DNA of 64,000 bases from the NCBI GenBank assembly GCA_963803155.1, contig CAWDMN010000011.1, positions 32,264 to 96,263 on the forward strand, written 5' to 3'. How positions within the stretch are numbered: the first letter of the stretch is position 1; each line of letters starts with the position of its first letter. Under the pieces are notes generated by a model that ran no database searches, was not told the origin of the DNA, and was given only the letters and a program-made list of their open reading frames with translations. Shown piece by piece: positions 9,651 through 18,896 of this stretch. The DNA comes from an uncultured Acidobacteriota bacterium. Lineage in GTDB: Bacteria > Acidobacteriota > Terriglobia > Versatilivoradales > Versatilivoraceae. The position numbers and the translations under genes are program-made.

Positions 9651-9865
9651 ACCTGCCTTGGCCTTCTGTAAAAGCCGGGATTGGAGGCCGATCCGGTTTG
9701 GAATTTGGAGATATTGATACGACTGAGTTTTGTGGTTGGAAATGCAGCCGCTGGTGGCCGCTCTCGCGCGTGGGATGCCTCCCGCTTGAGGAACTGGCCC
9801 TTGCGGCTTTGCGCTTTTCCCTGGACTCCTTGCTGAAGGTACATTCGCGGCGTTTTTCGACATGA

Positions 9866-9980
9866 CTGCTCAGCACACTTTCGAAGGGCAGCCACATTGA
9901 GTGCATTTTACGAGGAGTGGAACCTGCCACGCGGCCAAAAGTCCACGGCTTCCGCCTGAAGCGGACTCACCGTGGCTACC
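9866..9980 (+). repeat. Repeat family 1, copy c (full-length reference copy)
   Basis: CTGCTCAGCACACTTTCGAAGGGCAGCCACATTGAGTGCATTTTACGAGGAGTGGAACCTGCCACGCGGCCAAAAGTCCACGGCTTCCGCCTGAAGCGGACTCACCGTGGCTACC. Imperfect terminal inverted motifs CTGCTCAG / CTGAGYAG are seen across copies. Confidence 0.7.
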
Positions 9981-10197
9981 TTTTACATGAGGATCTGAGC
10001 GGTTACTCAATCTAAAGTTTATGGCTGAAGATGAGTTGGTAGTGTCTCCCGCTGTGGATCTGAAACCAATTCTGCCCTATCGTTGGGTGATCGGCTTTTC
10101 TCATCTTAACCAGAGAAACGTTTATTGCCCTCGCAATATTCTGAGGTCTTTCCATTGAATCTTTGTTTGAGAGAAATTCCACCTCGAGGAGGAAAGA

Positions 10198-12219
10198 ATG
10201 CCCTTATTGAACGCAGAAACCGGTGAAGTCAGGAAAGAGTATGGCTTGACGGAACTTCAGAAAGCAGCCCAGCAGATGAGGGGCTACAATCTCGTTTCTT
10301 TAACTGCCGCGGGATCGGGACACTCGGGCGGGACACTTTCCCTCATGGATATCAATGCCGCCTTATACTTGAAGGTGGCTCGCCTAGATCCAAAAAATCC
10401 CTTCTGGCCTGAACGAGACAGAATTATCTGGTCCACCGGGCATAAAGCGCCTGCTTTGTACGTTGCCATGGGGATGGCCGGTTTTTTTGATGTGGCGGAA
10501 GCCATGAAACTTCGCAAACTTTATAGCCCATTTCAAGGTCATCCGCATTGGCTGAAATTGGATGGCGTCGAAGTATCCACGGGGTCGCTGGGCCAGGGGC
10601 TTTCCATTGGCGTGGGGATGGCCTGCGCGGCCAGACTCGATAAAATGGATTATAGGGTTTATTCCATCAACGGCGATGGGGAACTGCAGGAAGGGCAGAT
10701 TTGGGAAGCCGTGATGGAAGCGGGCAATTTTGGTTTGGATAACCTTTGCTGCATTGTCGACAAGAACCGCCTGCAAATCGACGGTTGGGTAAAAGATGTT
10801 CAGGATATCGATCCATTAAGAGATAAATTCGAGAGTTTTAAATGGAATGTGGTGGAATGCGATGGCCACGACATGGCTCAAATTTTGGATGCTTTTGAAA
10901 AAGCCAAATCCTTCAAAGGCAAGCCCACCGCCATCATTGCGCACACCATCAAGGGCAAGGGAGTCAGTTTCATGGAGAACGTGGCCGGCTGGCACGGTAG
11001 ATCTCCCAATCTGGAAGAATTGAAAAAGTCTATTGCGGAGTTGGGATTGGATTGGGATGGTTTCCGTGTCCCTGCATTACTTAAGCGCGCCCAAGACTAC
11101 CAAAAACAGGCAGAGGCTGTTTTACACAAAAAAATTCCCCAATTCAAACGGGACTATTTTTGGAACCGACAGGCGAACATGAAAGTGGAAATGTCTCCCA
11201 CTCGTTTGGGATTTGGCAAGGCGCTGGCGGAGTGCGGCGGGGATGAACGGATTGTCTGCATCGGGGGGGATATTTCCGCATCGATTACCATCAGCCAGTT
11301 TTTTGAAAAGAATCCGGAACGAAAGCAGCGCTGGATTTCCGCCGGCATTGCGGAACAATCTTCCACCTCGCTGGCCGCCGGACTGGCCAAAGAAGGGAAG
11401 TTGCCCGTCTACGGCAATTATGGCGTCTTTTCCGTGGGCCGGAATCTGGATCAAATTCGCACCACGATCTGTTATGGGAATTTGAATGTCTTTATCGCGG
11501 GGGCGCATGGCGGCGTATCCGTAGGACCGGATGGGGCCACGCACCAAAGTCTGGAAGATCTTTTCCAGATTTGCGGCCTTCCCAATATGCATGTGTCCGT
11601 GCCTTGCGATGTGACTGAAACCAAGCGGGCCACCGCCTATATGCTCTTTGACGTGGTTGGCCCCAAGTTCATCCGCTTTGCCCGTGAAGCGACTCCAATC
11701 GTCACCAATGAGAAAACCCCATTCCAGTGGGGAGTGGCCAACGTCTATCGCTATCGGGGAGAGAAGGGGAATTTTGTGGATGCCTTTTCCGTTTCTCTCA
11801 GCAGCGAGTATCGGTCGGAAAATGAAGACCTCACCATCATTGCCTGCGGGCCGGAAGTGCCGGAGGCCATGCGCGCGGCCTGGATTTTGAAAGAGGATTA
11901 TGGAATTGAGACTCGCGTTATCAACATGCACACCATGAAACCGCTCGATCGGGAGGCCATTCTGCGAGCGGGCATGGAAACCAAAGCGATCATAACCGCG
12001 GAAGAGCACCAGGTGGGCGCCCTGGGAAATCAAGTGGCGGGAATCCTTATGCAGGCGCGGGAACTCTATGGAAAGTCCGTGCTGATGGGAATGATTGGTG
12101 TGAAGGACCGGTTTGGAGAGTCAGGTGCTCCTTGGGAGCTGATGTGGGAATTTGAAGTCTCCGGCGAACATATCGCACAAAAAGCGAAGGAACTGTGGGA
12201 TTTCATCCAGAAGCGATAG
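10198..12219 (+). CDS. tkt: Transketolase
   Basis: 673 aa. ThDP motifs GSGHSGG and GDGELQEG, full transketolase architecture, strong AGGAGG ribosome-binding site. Confidence 0.95.
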   Translation: MPLLNAETGEVRKEYGLTELQKAAQQMRGYNLVSLTAAGSGHSGGTLSLMDINAALYLKVARLDPKNPFWPERDRIIWSTGHKAPALYVAMGMAGFFDVAEAMKLRKLYSPFQGHPHWLKLDGVEVSTGSLGQGLSIGVGMACAARLDKMDYRVYSINGDGELQEGQIWEAVMEAGNFGLDNLCCIVDKNRLQIDGWVKDVQDIDPLRDKFESFKWNVVECDGHDMAQILDAFEKAKSFKGKPTAIIAHTIKGKGVSFMENVAGWHGRSPNLEELKKSIAELGLDWDGFRVPALLKRAQDYQKQAEAVLHKKIPQFKRDYFWNRQANMKVEMSPTRLGFGKALAECGGDERIVCIGGDISASITISQFFEKNPERKQRWISAGIAEQSSTSLAAGLAKEGKLPVYGNYGVFSVGRNLDQIRTTICYGNLNVFIAGAHGGVSVGPDGATHQSLEDLFQICGLPNMHVSVPCDVTETKRATAYMLFDVVGPKFIRFAREATPIVTNEKTPFQWGVANVYRYRGEKGNFVDAFSVSLSSEYRSENEDLTIIACGPEVPEAMRAAWILKEDYGIETRVINMHTMKPLDREAILRAGMETKAIITAEEHQVGALGNQVAGILMQARELYGKSVLMGMIGVKDRFGESGAPWELMWEFEVSGEHIAQKAKELWDFIQKR

Positions 12220-12568
12220 CTTTTGCACCTGCATCAATATTGACGGTCTAGCGAGACTTCGTCTCGCACTAAAGGGACTTAATGGTTCCCAATCCAAAAC
12301 TTGACTCAAAATCGTCAACTTTTGAGGCTCAAGCAAACCAGCTTGTTGCAAAGTTCTTGGCGGTAGGGCTCAAGTGAGACCGTCAGTGAGGCCAAGCGTG
12401 ACAGATGAACGCGCGGACAGGCTGAAAATTCACAGCATGGCGAAATGTTCACGCTTCCAGGAACCGAGCCAACTATAGGGATCAAATAGAATAGCCTCCC
12501 AGAGTGGCCATGATGGATAATTTCTCTCGGAGGCTTCAAACGTTTTTAACAATCAAAGATAAAAAGGG

Positions 12569-13549
12569 GTGGAAATTTTGAGTAAGAAGATTTTTGTGAC
12601 ACGACGTATTCCCCAACCCGGGTTGGACCTGCTGAGAGATTTTGAGGTGACCATCAATCCGGAGGACAGAGTCCTCACTCATCAGGAAGTCATCAAGGGC
12701 GCCAAGGGGAAAGACGCCGTGCTGTGCCTGCTGACGGATCCGGTGGATAGTGAAATGATGGATGCCGCCCCCACGGTGAAAATTTTTGCCAATTACGCCG
12801 TAGGGTTCAACAATATCGATGTGGATGCAGCGACTAAGCGAAAAGTCGCGGTCACCAATACTCCCGGCGTTTTGACCGATACGACGGCGGATATGGCTTG
12901 GGCCCTCATGATGGCGGCGGCCCGCCGAATTGTGGAATCGGATAGATATACCCGGGCGGGGCATTTCCATGGGTGGGGGCCCATGCTTTTCTTGGGCGTG
13001 GACGTCCATCACAAAACTCTCGGGATTATTGGAATGGGACGCATCGGGCAGGCCATGGCACGGAGAGCTTCCGGCTTTGGCATGAAGATTCTCTATTATG
13101 ACGAGCATCCGTTGTCTCCGGAAAAGGAAACGGAGTTAAAGGTTGCCTATGTGAGCATGGAACAGCTCCTCAGGGAATCGGATTTTGTCTCTTTGCATGT
13201 GCCGTTGATGCCGTCTACTTATGAGCTGATCGGGGAAGCCGAGCTGAAATTGATGAAACCATCGGCGATCTTTATCAATACGGCCCGCGGTCCGCTGGTT
13301 GATGAAAAAGCCCTGGTGAATGCCTTGCGGACCAAGACCATTTTCGCGGCTGGACTCGATGTCTTCGAGGACGAGCCCGCGCTGGCTCCCGGTTTGATCG
13401 AGTTGGATAACGTGGTGATTGCTCCCCACATTGCCAGCGCCTCCATCGACACACGCACCAAAATGGCTACCATGGCCGCCGGAAACATCGTCGCCTTTTT
13501 TAAGGGAGAAGTTCCGCCCAACATCGTGAATCCGGAAGTTCTCCAATAG
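12569..13549 (+). CDS. D-isomer-specific 2-hydroxyacid dehydrogenase (glyoxylate/hydroxypyruvate reductase / D-glycerate dehydrogenase-like)
   Basis: 326 aa. NAD-binding GIIGMGRIGQAMARRA and catalytic R/E/H pattern (NTARG, FEDEP, APHIASA). GTG start at 12569, or TTG at 12578. Confidence 0.85.
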   Translation: MEILSKKIFVTRRIPQPGLDLLRDFEVTINPEDRVLTHQEVIKGAKGKDAVLCLLTDPVDSEMMDAAPTVKIFANYAVGFNNIDVDAATKRKVAVTNTPGVLTDTTADMAWALMMAAARRIVESDRYTRAGHFHGWGPMLFLGVDVHHKTLGIIGMGRIGQAMARRASGFGMKILYYDEHPLSPEKETELKVAYVSMEQLLRESDFVSLHVPLMPSTYELIGEAELKLMKPSAIFINTARGPLVDEKALVNALRTKTIFAAGLDVFEDEPALAPGLIELDNVVIAPHIASASIDTRTKMATMAAGNIVAFFKGEVPPNIVNPEVLQ

Positions 13550-14257
13550 CTTGGTGGCTATTCCGGAAATGAGAGTTTGTTTAAGAACCAAAATCGAGAA
13601 ACTCTAGCGCAGGGCCGCTCTCCGCGGCTCTGCCACCGGCCGGTTGAGAAGCAAAGTTCTTCCCTCATTGCATATTCGCCACGATGTGCAGCCCTGATTA
13701 ACTTTCGATCAGCAAGGCCAAAAAACAGCCGCGGATTTGCGCGGATGAACGCGGACGGAAATGCAAGGAACCAAATAGAAAAATAGATCAGGATATCTAT
13801 CTGCGTTTCATCCGCGCCCATCCCTGCTAAAATTATATTGTAAGTAACATGGCTTCAGCCGACCTCGCTATGTTCGGCGGGTGTAAGCCCGGCGGTAGGG
13901 GCACTTCGCCGAACCGTCCGCCAATGTTCCCCCTGCGGGCGCATTTGGCGAAAGTGTCCTAAAACATAGTCAAACCATCTGATCGGAGGCCCCCGCGATC
14001 TTTACGGAGACTACAGAGTCGGGCCGAGAAGAGCGTTGGCTGGCCGGGAAATTCCCGGGATACGGAGAGTATCAGCGCCGCGTCCGCAAGCTTGTCCCAT
14101 TCATCTACTGACTTGCATGGCCCAACCATGTGGAAAAGGCGCTGCAATTGGCTTTTCTCTCATTTCGGAAAATCGGGATTCTCGCAATTCCACTGCGCTG
14201 GATGAACAAACCGCGCGCGCCGGTGAGTGGTGACTTTTTTGTGCGGAGAAATGCGAA

Positions 14258-15100
14258 ATGACAAGGAATAAAGATTCAAATTCTCCACGGCCTGAGTATG
14301 TCGCGGAACACTATTCTTCGGGATATGAAGCGAACCGCCTACAAACAGGCCACGGCCAGATTGACCGCGAACGATCTCGCGAATTACTCCAGCGATTCCT
14401 GCCTCAGCCGCCGGCAAAAATTCTTGACGTGGGTGGCGGCCCCGGTGGCCATGCGTGTTGGCTTGCCAAACTGGGTTATGAAGTACACTTGATCGACATT
14501 GTGCCTCTTCATGTCGATCTGGCGGTACAAGCGTCAGCGCGTCAACCGGAGGCTCCGCTTGCCAGTATAAACATTGGCAATGCCTGTGCACTTTCATGGA
14601 ATGACGAAACCGTCGATGCCGTTCTACTGTTTGGACCTCTTTACCATCTGACAGACCGACAAGATCGGCTCAGGGCCTTGGCGGAAGCGTATCGCGTCCT
14701 CCGGCCGAATGGTGTCTTTTTTGGCGTTGGCATATCGCGCTTCGCTTCCACATTGGATGGCCTGCGTGTCGGATTCTTGAAGGATCCGCATTTTGTGGAG
14801 ATCGTAGATCAAGACTTAACGGATGGACATCATCAGAATCGAACAGACAATCCGGAATACTTCATGGATACTTTTTTTCACCATCCCGACGAACTGAGGG
14901 GTGAGGTATCTGAAGCCGGATTCTCGGTCGGCGGAATATACGGTGTGGAAGGACCAACTTGGTTGGCCCCTGATCTGGATGACTGGTGGAATAATGAAAA
15001 GCAGCGGCAGTTGCTGCTTCGAATTGCGCGAATCTTGGAGACTGAGCCGAGCTTGTTGGGTGTAAGCGCGCATCTGATGGCCGTGGCAAGAAAGCAATAA
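14258..15100 (+). CDS. Class I SAM-dependent methyltransferase
   Basis: 280 aa. Motif I ILDVGGGPGGHACWLA. A long structured leader lies upstream. Confidence 0.8.
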   Translation: MTRNKDSNSPRPEYVAEHYSSGYEANRLQTGHGQIDRERSRELLQRFLPQPPAKILDVGGGPGGHACWLAKLGYEVHLIDIVPLHVDLAVQASARQPEAPLASINIGNACALSWNDETVDAVLLFGPLYHLTDRQDRLRALAEAYRVLRPNGVFFGVGISRFASTLDGLRVGFLKDPHFVEIVDQDLTDGHHQNRTDNPEYFMDTFFHHPDELRGEVSEAGFSVGGIYGVEGPTWLAPDLDDWWNNEKQRQLLLRIARILETEPSLLGVSAHLMAVARKQ

Positions 15101-15339
15101 AAAGCGCACATCACATTGTCACATTGAAATTTCTCAATCTGCCAATGCCAGATTGAAAGGAAGTTCTATCTGTTTGCATATCTCGAATACATCGGCAAGG
15201 ATTTCGAGGCCGGCATGAAATAAATGGCCGCCAACCCGGAGGCACAGCATTGGCGGAAGGAGACCGATGCCTGCCAGATCCCGCTTCCAGACGCGGCAGC
15301 GAAGGGGAATATCTGGAGCGAAATGACCGAGATCTATTA

Positions 15340-15447
15340 CCTTCCATAAATTTGACTTCACGCGAACGAGTCCTGAGCGCCTTTGCCCACGAAGAACCCG
15401 ATCGCGTGCCGTGTTGGTGCGGCGCGTCTCCAGAGTTCGTCGAGTAG
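15340..15447 (+). pseudogene. Remnant of a uroporphyrinogen-decarboxylase-family (URO-D / MtaA-like methyltransferase) gene: N-terminal ~35 codons followed by a stop
   Basis: Translation LTSRERVLSAFAHEEPDRVPCWCGASPEFVE* matches the URO-D family N-terminus (R.L.A....D..PVW......PEF). The frame then dies and the sequence runs into the 3' end of the convergent MFS gene. Confidence 0.4.
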
Positions 15448-15489
15448 GCCAATTCGCGTCCTAGAGTGAAGACCTCTGCCTCGAATCCC

Positions 15490-16803
15490 TCAGTGCTCTT
15501 CAGTTTCTCGCATTACATTGCCAGCGAGAATCTTTGTGCCCCTTGTCTCGGGAAGACTCCAAATCCATGTTCCCGTGAAGAGCGCGAAGAAGGCGCCGAT
15601 TGAGATTCCGACACCCAAGCCCTGCTCAGCCTTCAGCCAGGGTCGTGAGGCAATCCAGGTGATGATCAGCGGAGTGAAGAACTGAATGCCTCTGGCCATG
15701 TTGAAAGCCGTGCCCATGGCTGTATTTCGGATACGCGTGGGAAAAAGCTCGGAAAATATTGGACCATAGCCTGAAAAATTTCCCGTCCCCACACCCACCA
15801 GGAACATAAACAACAGCGTCAGTGCTGGCAGTGTGACAATGCTGCTCCAAAACCATGTCACGGAGAAGAGGCCGATGGCCCAAAGAAAAGAATACAGCGT
15901 GTAAGCAATTCTGCGTCCCTTCCAGTCTGCCATAAAGCCAAAAGAGAGGTATCCGAGCAGTCCCCCGGCTTGAGTGACGAGCATCCAAATCCCAGACCTG
16001 GCCATGGAGAAATGGAGTTTATCGTAGAGATATTTGGGCATCCATGAATAGGTGAACCAATATGCTGACATGTCGGTGACCGCCAGAACCAGGCCCAGCA
16101 GAAAAAGGCGGCGGATTGATCTGTCCTGTTGCAACAACCGCAGAAAATCATGCCCTGTCGCGGTTTTTCGCTCTGGATGTTTTTGCCATTCTTCCCAAAT
16201 GTCCGACTCTGGCATAAACCGCCGAATCACGATTACCAGGACAGCAGGAACGACCGACACAAAGAAGCAAGCTCTCCATCCCCAACCAGGTCCAAAATAA
16301 TGTGTAAAAACCGGTTCCAGAAAGGCCCCGACAATAGTCGCAAGTGCGATTCCAACAGGGGCTCCTGTCTGCATGACGGCGGCAAACCGGGCTCGCATGC
16401 GAGCTGGAAAGGTCTCACCCACCAGTGTTTGACCGGTCCCCCATTCCCCACCCACTCCCAACCCGGTAACTACACGGAAAAGAAGCAAGAGCCACATATT
16501 GATGCTGAAGCCGCAGCAAAAAGTTCCAAGTGAGTAGGTTAATATAGTCGCTGAAAGCACGAGTTTTCGGCCAAATCGGTCCGCCAACCAGCCAAAGACC
16601 AATCCCCCAATAGCGGTGGAAGCCAGGCTGATCCCAAGAAGGAGGGAGAGTTGGGCGTCCGATAAACCCAAGTCATGCTTGATGGGGACCAGGAGGAAGG
16701 AGAACAACATGAGATCGTAGAAGTCGAACATCCATCCTGCCCACGCCATGGCAAGGATCGTATAATGCCGTGAAGTCGGTTTGTCACTCTGATTGAGGAA
16801 CAT
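15490..16803 (-). CDS. MFS transporter
   Basis: 437 aa, 12 predicted hydrophobic segments, MFS motif GWLADRFGRK. It is the last gene of the minus-strand glycan locus. Confidence 0.85.
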   Translation of the reverse strand: MFLNQSDKPTSRHYTILAMAWAGWMFDFYDLMLFSFLLVPIKHDLGLSDAQLSLLLGISLASTAIGGLVFGWLADRFGRKLVLSATILTYSLGTFCCGFSINMWLLLLFRVVTGLGVGGEWGTGQTLVGETFPARMRARFAAVMQTGAPVGIALATIVGAFLEPVFTHYFGPGWGWRACFFVSVVPAVLVIVIRRFMPESDIWEEWQKHPERKTATGHDFLRLLQQDRSIRRLFLLGLVLAVTDMSAYWFTYSWMPKYLYDKLHFSMARSGIWMLVTQAGGLLGYLSFGFMADWKGRRIAYTLYSFLWAIGLFSVTWFWSSIVTLPALTLLFMFLVGVGTGNFSGYGPIFSELFPTRIRNTAMGTAFNMARGIQFFTPLIITWIASRPWLKAEQGLGVGISIGAFFALFTGTWIWSLPETRGTKILAGNVMRETEEH

Positions 16804-17174
16804 TTTCTCCGCTCCATTCTACCCGCATACACGTCTCCGGGTCCTGATTAGGCATGGCCAATCCGCCGCTTTTATCTCCTTGTGGGTTATTTGTCTCATG
16901 TTCAGCCCACTTGCTCTCAACCCAAGATCACGTTGGTTGTTTTACCGCCTGACTGGTTTGGCGCTATCGGTTCCCATCTTGGTTTGAAAACGATAATTTA
17001 TTTTGGGTTACCCCATTTTTTTGTGCCATTAAAATTCTCAATACCAGCCCTCCCCTTTGGTCCTTTCAACTTGCGCCTTGAAGATCGCGCCGGAAACGGC
17101 TGCACTTTTGATCAATTGCGGCATCGCATCTCCGAGAGACGCCGATCGTTTTCTGAATCCCCAATAGAGCTGTC

Positions 17175-17212
17175 CGTAAGTATGCGGCAAACATGCTTGC
17201 CGCATACTTACG
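17175..17212. other. 38-bp near-perfect palindrome
   Basis: CGTAAGTATGCGGCAAACATGCTTGCCGCATACTTACG has 16-bp perfect arms around a CATG centre. It sits in the 630-bp spacer between the SelA-like and MFS genes and is not followed by a U-run on either strand. Confidence 0.5.
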
Positions 17213-17430
17213 TGTTAATGAAATTTATTTTCGATCCCGTCCGAGCTTGACAATACAAAATCCAGCCGACAACCGCTAAGCAACGAAGCCGCGGATGATT
17301 TTCAAAGTCGGGCTAAGCACGGCTGGGGGGCGTTCTGCTCCGCCGCGAGCTGCAAGGATTGGCCGACCGCATTCCCATTGTTCTATTCCCCGGAATTTGG
17401 CACTAGCGACTCGCGACGCCTCCCCTTCTA

Positions 17431-18720
17431 TTATCCTGCTGCCTTCTTGCGTGCATTGTTCAAGATTTCACGAAGTCTGCGGGCAACGATTAAATCTTCT
17501 CCCTCCTGGAGTGTCATGGAGACAAGTTGGAGTTGGTTTGGATGGCTTACCGATTTGCCTCCTTTGACCTCCTCCCCTTCATGGACGGCTGAAACCAGGC
17601 TCGGGTTGCTGGAGGTAAGGACCTCAATTCGTGGATCCCCATCGCGCAAGAGCTGATCACATTGCGCCACGGTCAGGCCGAAGGCTTGTTCATTCCACTG
17701 GACCGTCAATGTGGGATAACGATTTCCACCTTCAGGGATGAGGGTCTTGGTCGTAACGCCGGGAACGGTTTCCACTAATTTGACGATGCGTTCAATCCGC
17801 CTGGCCCACTCACGATTGAGTTGCGCTAAATCCATGTGAGACCAAGCCTCAACGGCGGCGAGCATTCCGATGATTTCTTCCTTTCCTACCTTCATAGCCC
17901 GGCAGACAGCCCCTTCCCATGGACTGCAATTGGCCAGCGCCGCTTTTATCAAATCCTTGCGGCCCAGCAAAAGCCCGGCACACTGGGGACCGCGAAGTCC
18001 CTTGCCTCCACTGAAGCAGTAAAGATCAAGTCCCATCTTGGCGTATAAGGAGAGGTTTTCATAGGGTGGGATTCCGGCGGCATCGTCGAGTAGGAGCGGG
18101 ACTCCCGCCTTCTTCGTGATGACGAGGGCTTGCGCCAAGCGGTCTCCCAACCAGGTGGTGTAAACCATGGCTGTTTTATCCGTGAGAGCGGCCTGCAACT
18201 CTTCACAGGAATGAGCCAGTACCAGCTTTGCTCCGGTCAGACGAATAGCGCTGTCAAAGGCAGAGCGGCCGCCCAACATCACGACCTCATTCTTGAGGTT
18301 AGTCGTGTCCGGCAGTTGCCATACATTGGCCGGATCCGCGCCGGCTATGCAAGCGGCTGCGGCTACGGCCATCGCACCGGCCGCTCCGGAGGTGACCATC
18401 CCGGATTCCGCCCCCGAGAGTTCCGCCAACCGCTTGCCGGCCGCGCGCTGTAGTTCGAAGATGTCCACAAATTGCCGGGCGGCTGCATCCATGGCTTGCC
18501 GGACTTCCGGCAGCTCGAGCGAGCCGCTCAAATAGGTCCACGTTCCTCGAGCGTTAATGAGTGGCCGTACGCCAATCCTCCGGTAAACATCAAGGGAAGA
18601 TGTTTTGCCCGTGGCCGCCCAAAGTCTATCCACAAATCCTCGGGCAGCTATGGTGCCAAGGACGGGAAAAGCTGCAACCCACTTCATAAATGCCCGCCGA
18701 TGCATTGAATTTGTTTTCAT
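17431..18720 (-). CDS. SelA-like (L-seryl-tRNA selenium transferase-related / DgaE-like) PLP-dependent enzyme with a twin-arginine signal peptide
   Basis: 429 aa. N-terminus MKTNSMHRRAFMKWVAAFPVLGTIAARG fits the Tat consensus (RRxFxK plus a hydrophobic stretch). Body matches the SelA-like fold-type I PLP family (SGGKGLRGPQ lysine region). Confidence 0.7.
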   Translation of the reverse strand: MKTNSMHRRAFMKWVAAFPVLGTIAARGFVDRLWAATGKTSSLDVYRRIGVRPLINARGTWTYLSGSLELPEVRQAMDAAARQFVDIFELQRAAGKRLAELSGAESGMVTSGAAGAMAVAAAACIAGADPANVWQLPDTTNLKNEVVMLGGRSAFDSAIRLTGAKLVLAHSCEELQAALTDKTAMVYTTWLGDRLAQALVITKKAGVPLLLDDAAGIPPYENLSLYAKMGLDLYCFSGGKGLRGPQCAGLLLGRKDLIKAALANCSPWEGAVCRAMKVGKEEIIGMLAAVEAWSHMDLAQLNREWARRIERIVKLVETVPGVTTKTLIPEGGNRYPTLTVQWNEQAFGLTVAQCDQLLRDGDPRIEVLTSSNPSLVSAVHEGEEVKGGKSVSHPNQLQLVSMTLQEGEDLIVARRLREILNNARKKAAG

Positions 18721-18896
18721 GACTCTTGTCCTTTTCAGTAAAAATTCCCGTTGTGCGATCCTTTGCCCGGTAACCTTTCACCGAAAGCTCCATGCCGGCC
18801 GTTGTGTTGGGTCGCGTGAAGGATGACTCCGTCACAGGCTAGCGTTCCACCCCTCAGTTCGATCCCGCTACGCTCAATGCTAGCCCGGGGTCCCAC

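Noticed and set aside
11122-12033. 303-aa minus ORF
   Set aside because: Antisense shadow of transketolase.
17138-17187. 52-codon minus-strand ORF (MRQACLPHTYGQLYWGFRKRSASLGDAMPQLIKSAAVSGAIFKAQVERTKGEGWY) starting inside the 38-bp palindrome
   Set aside because: Too short, starts within a hairpin, no ribosome-binding site, no recognisable family. Kept only as a note in case a small protein is conserved in relatives.
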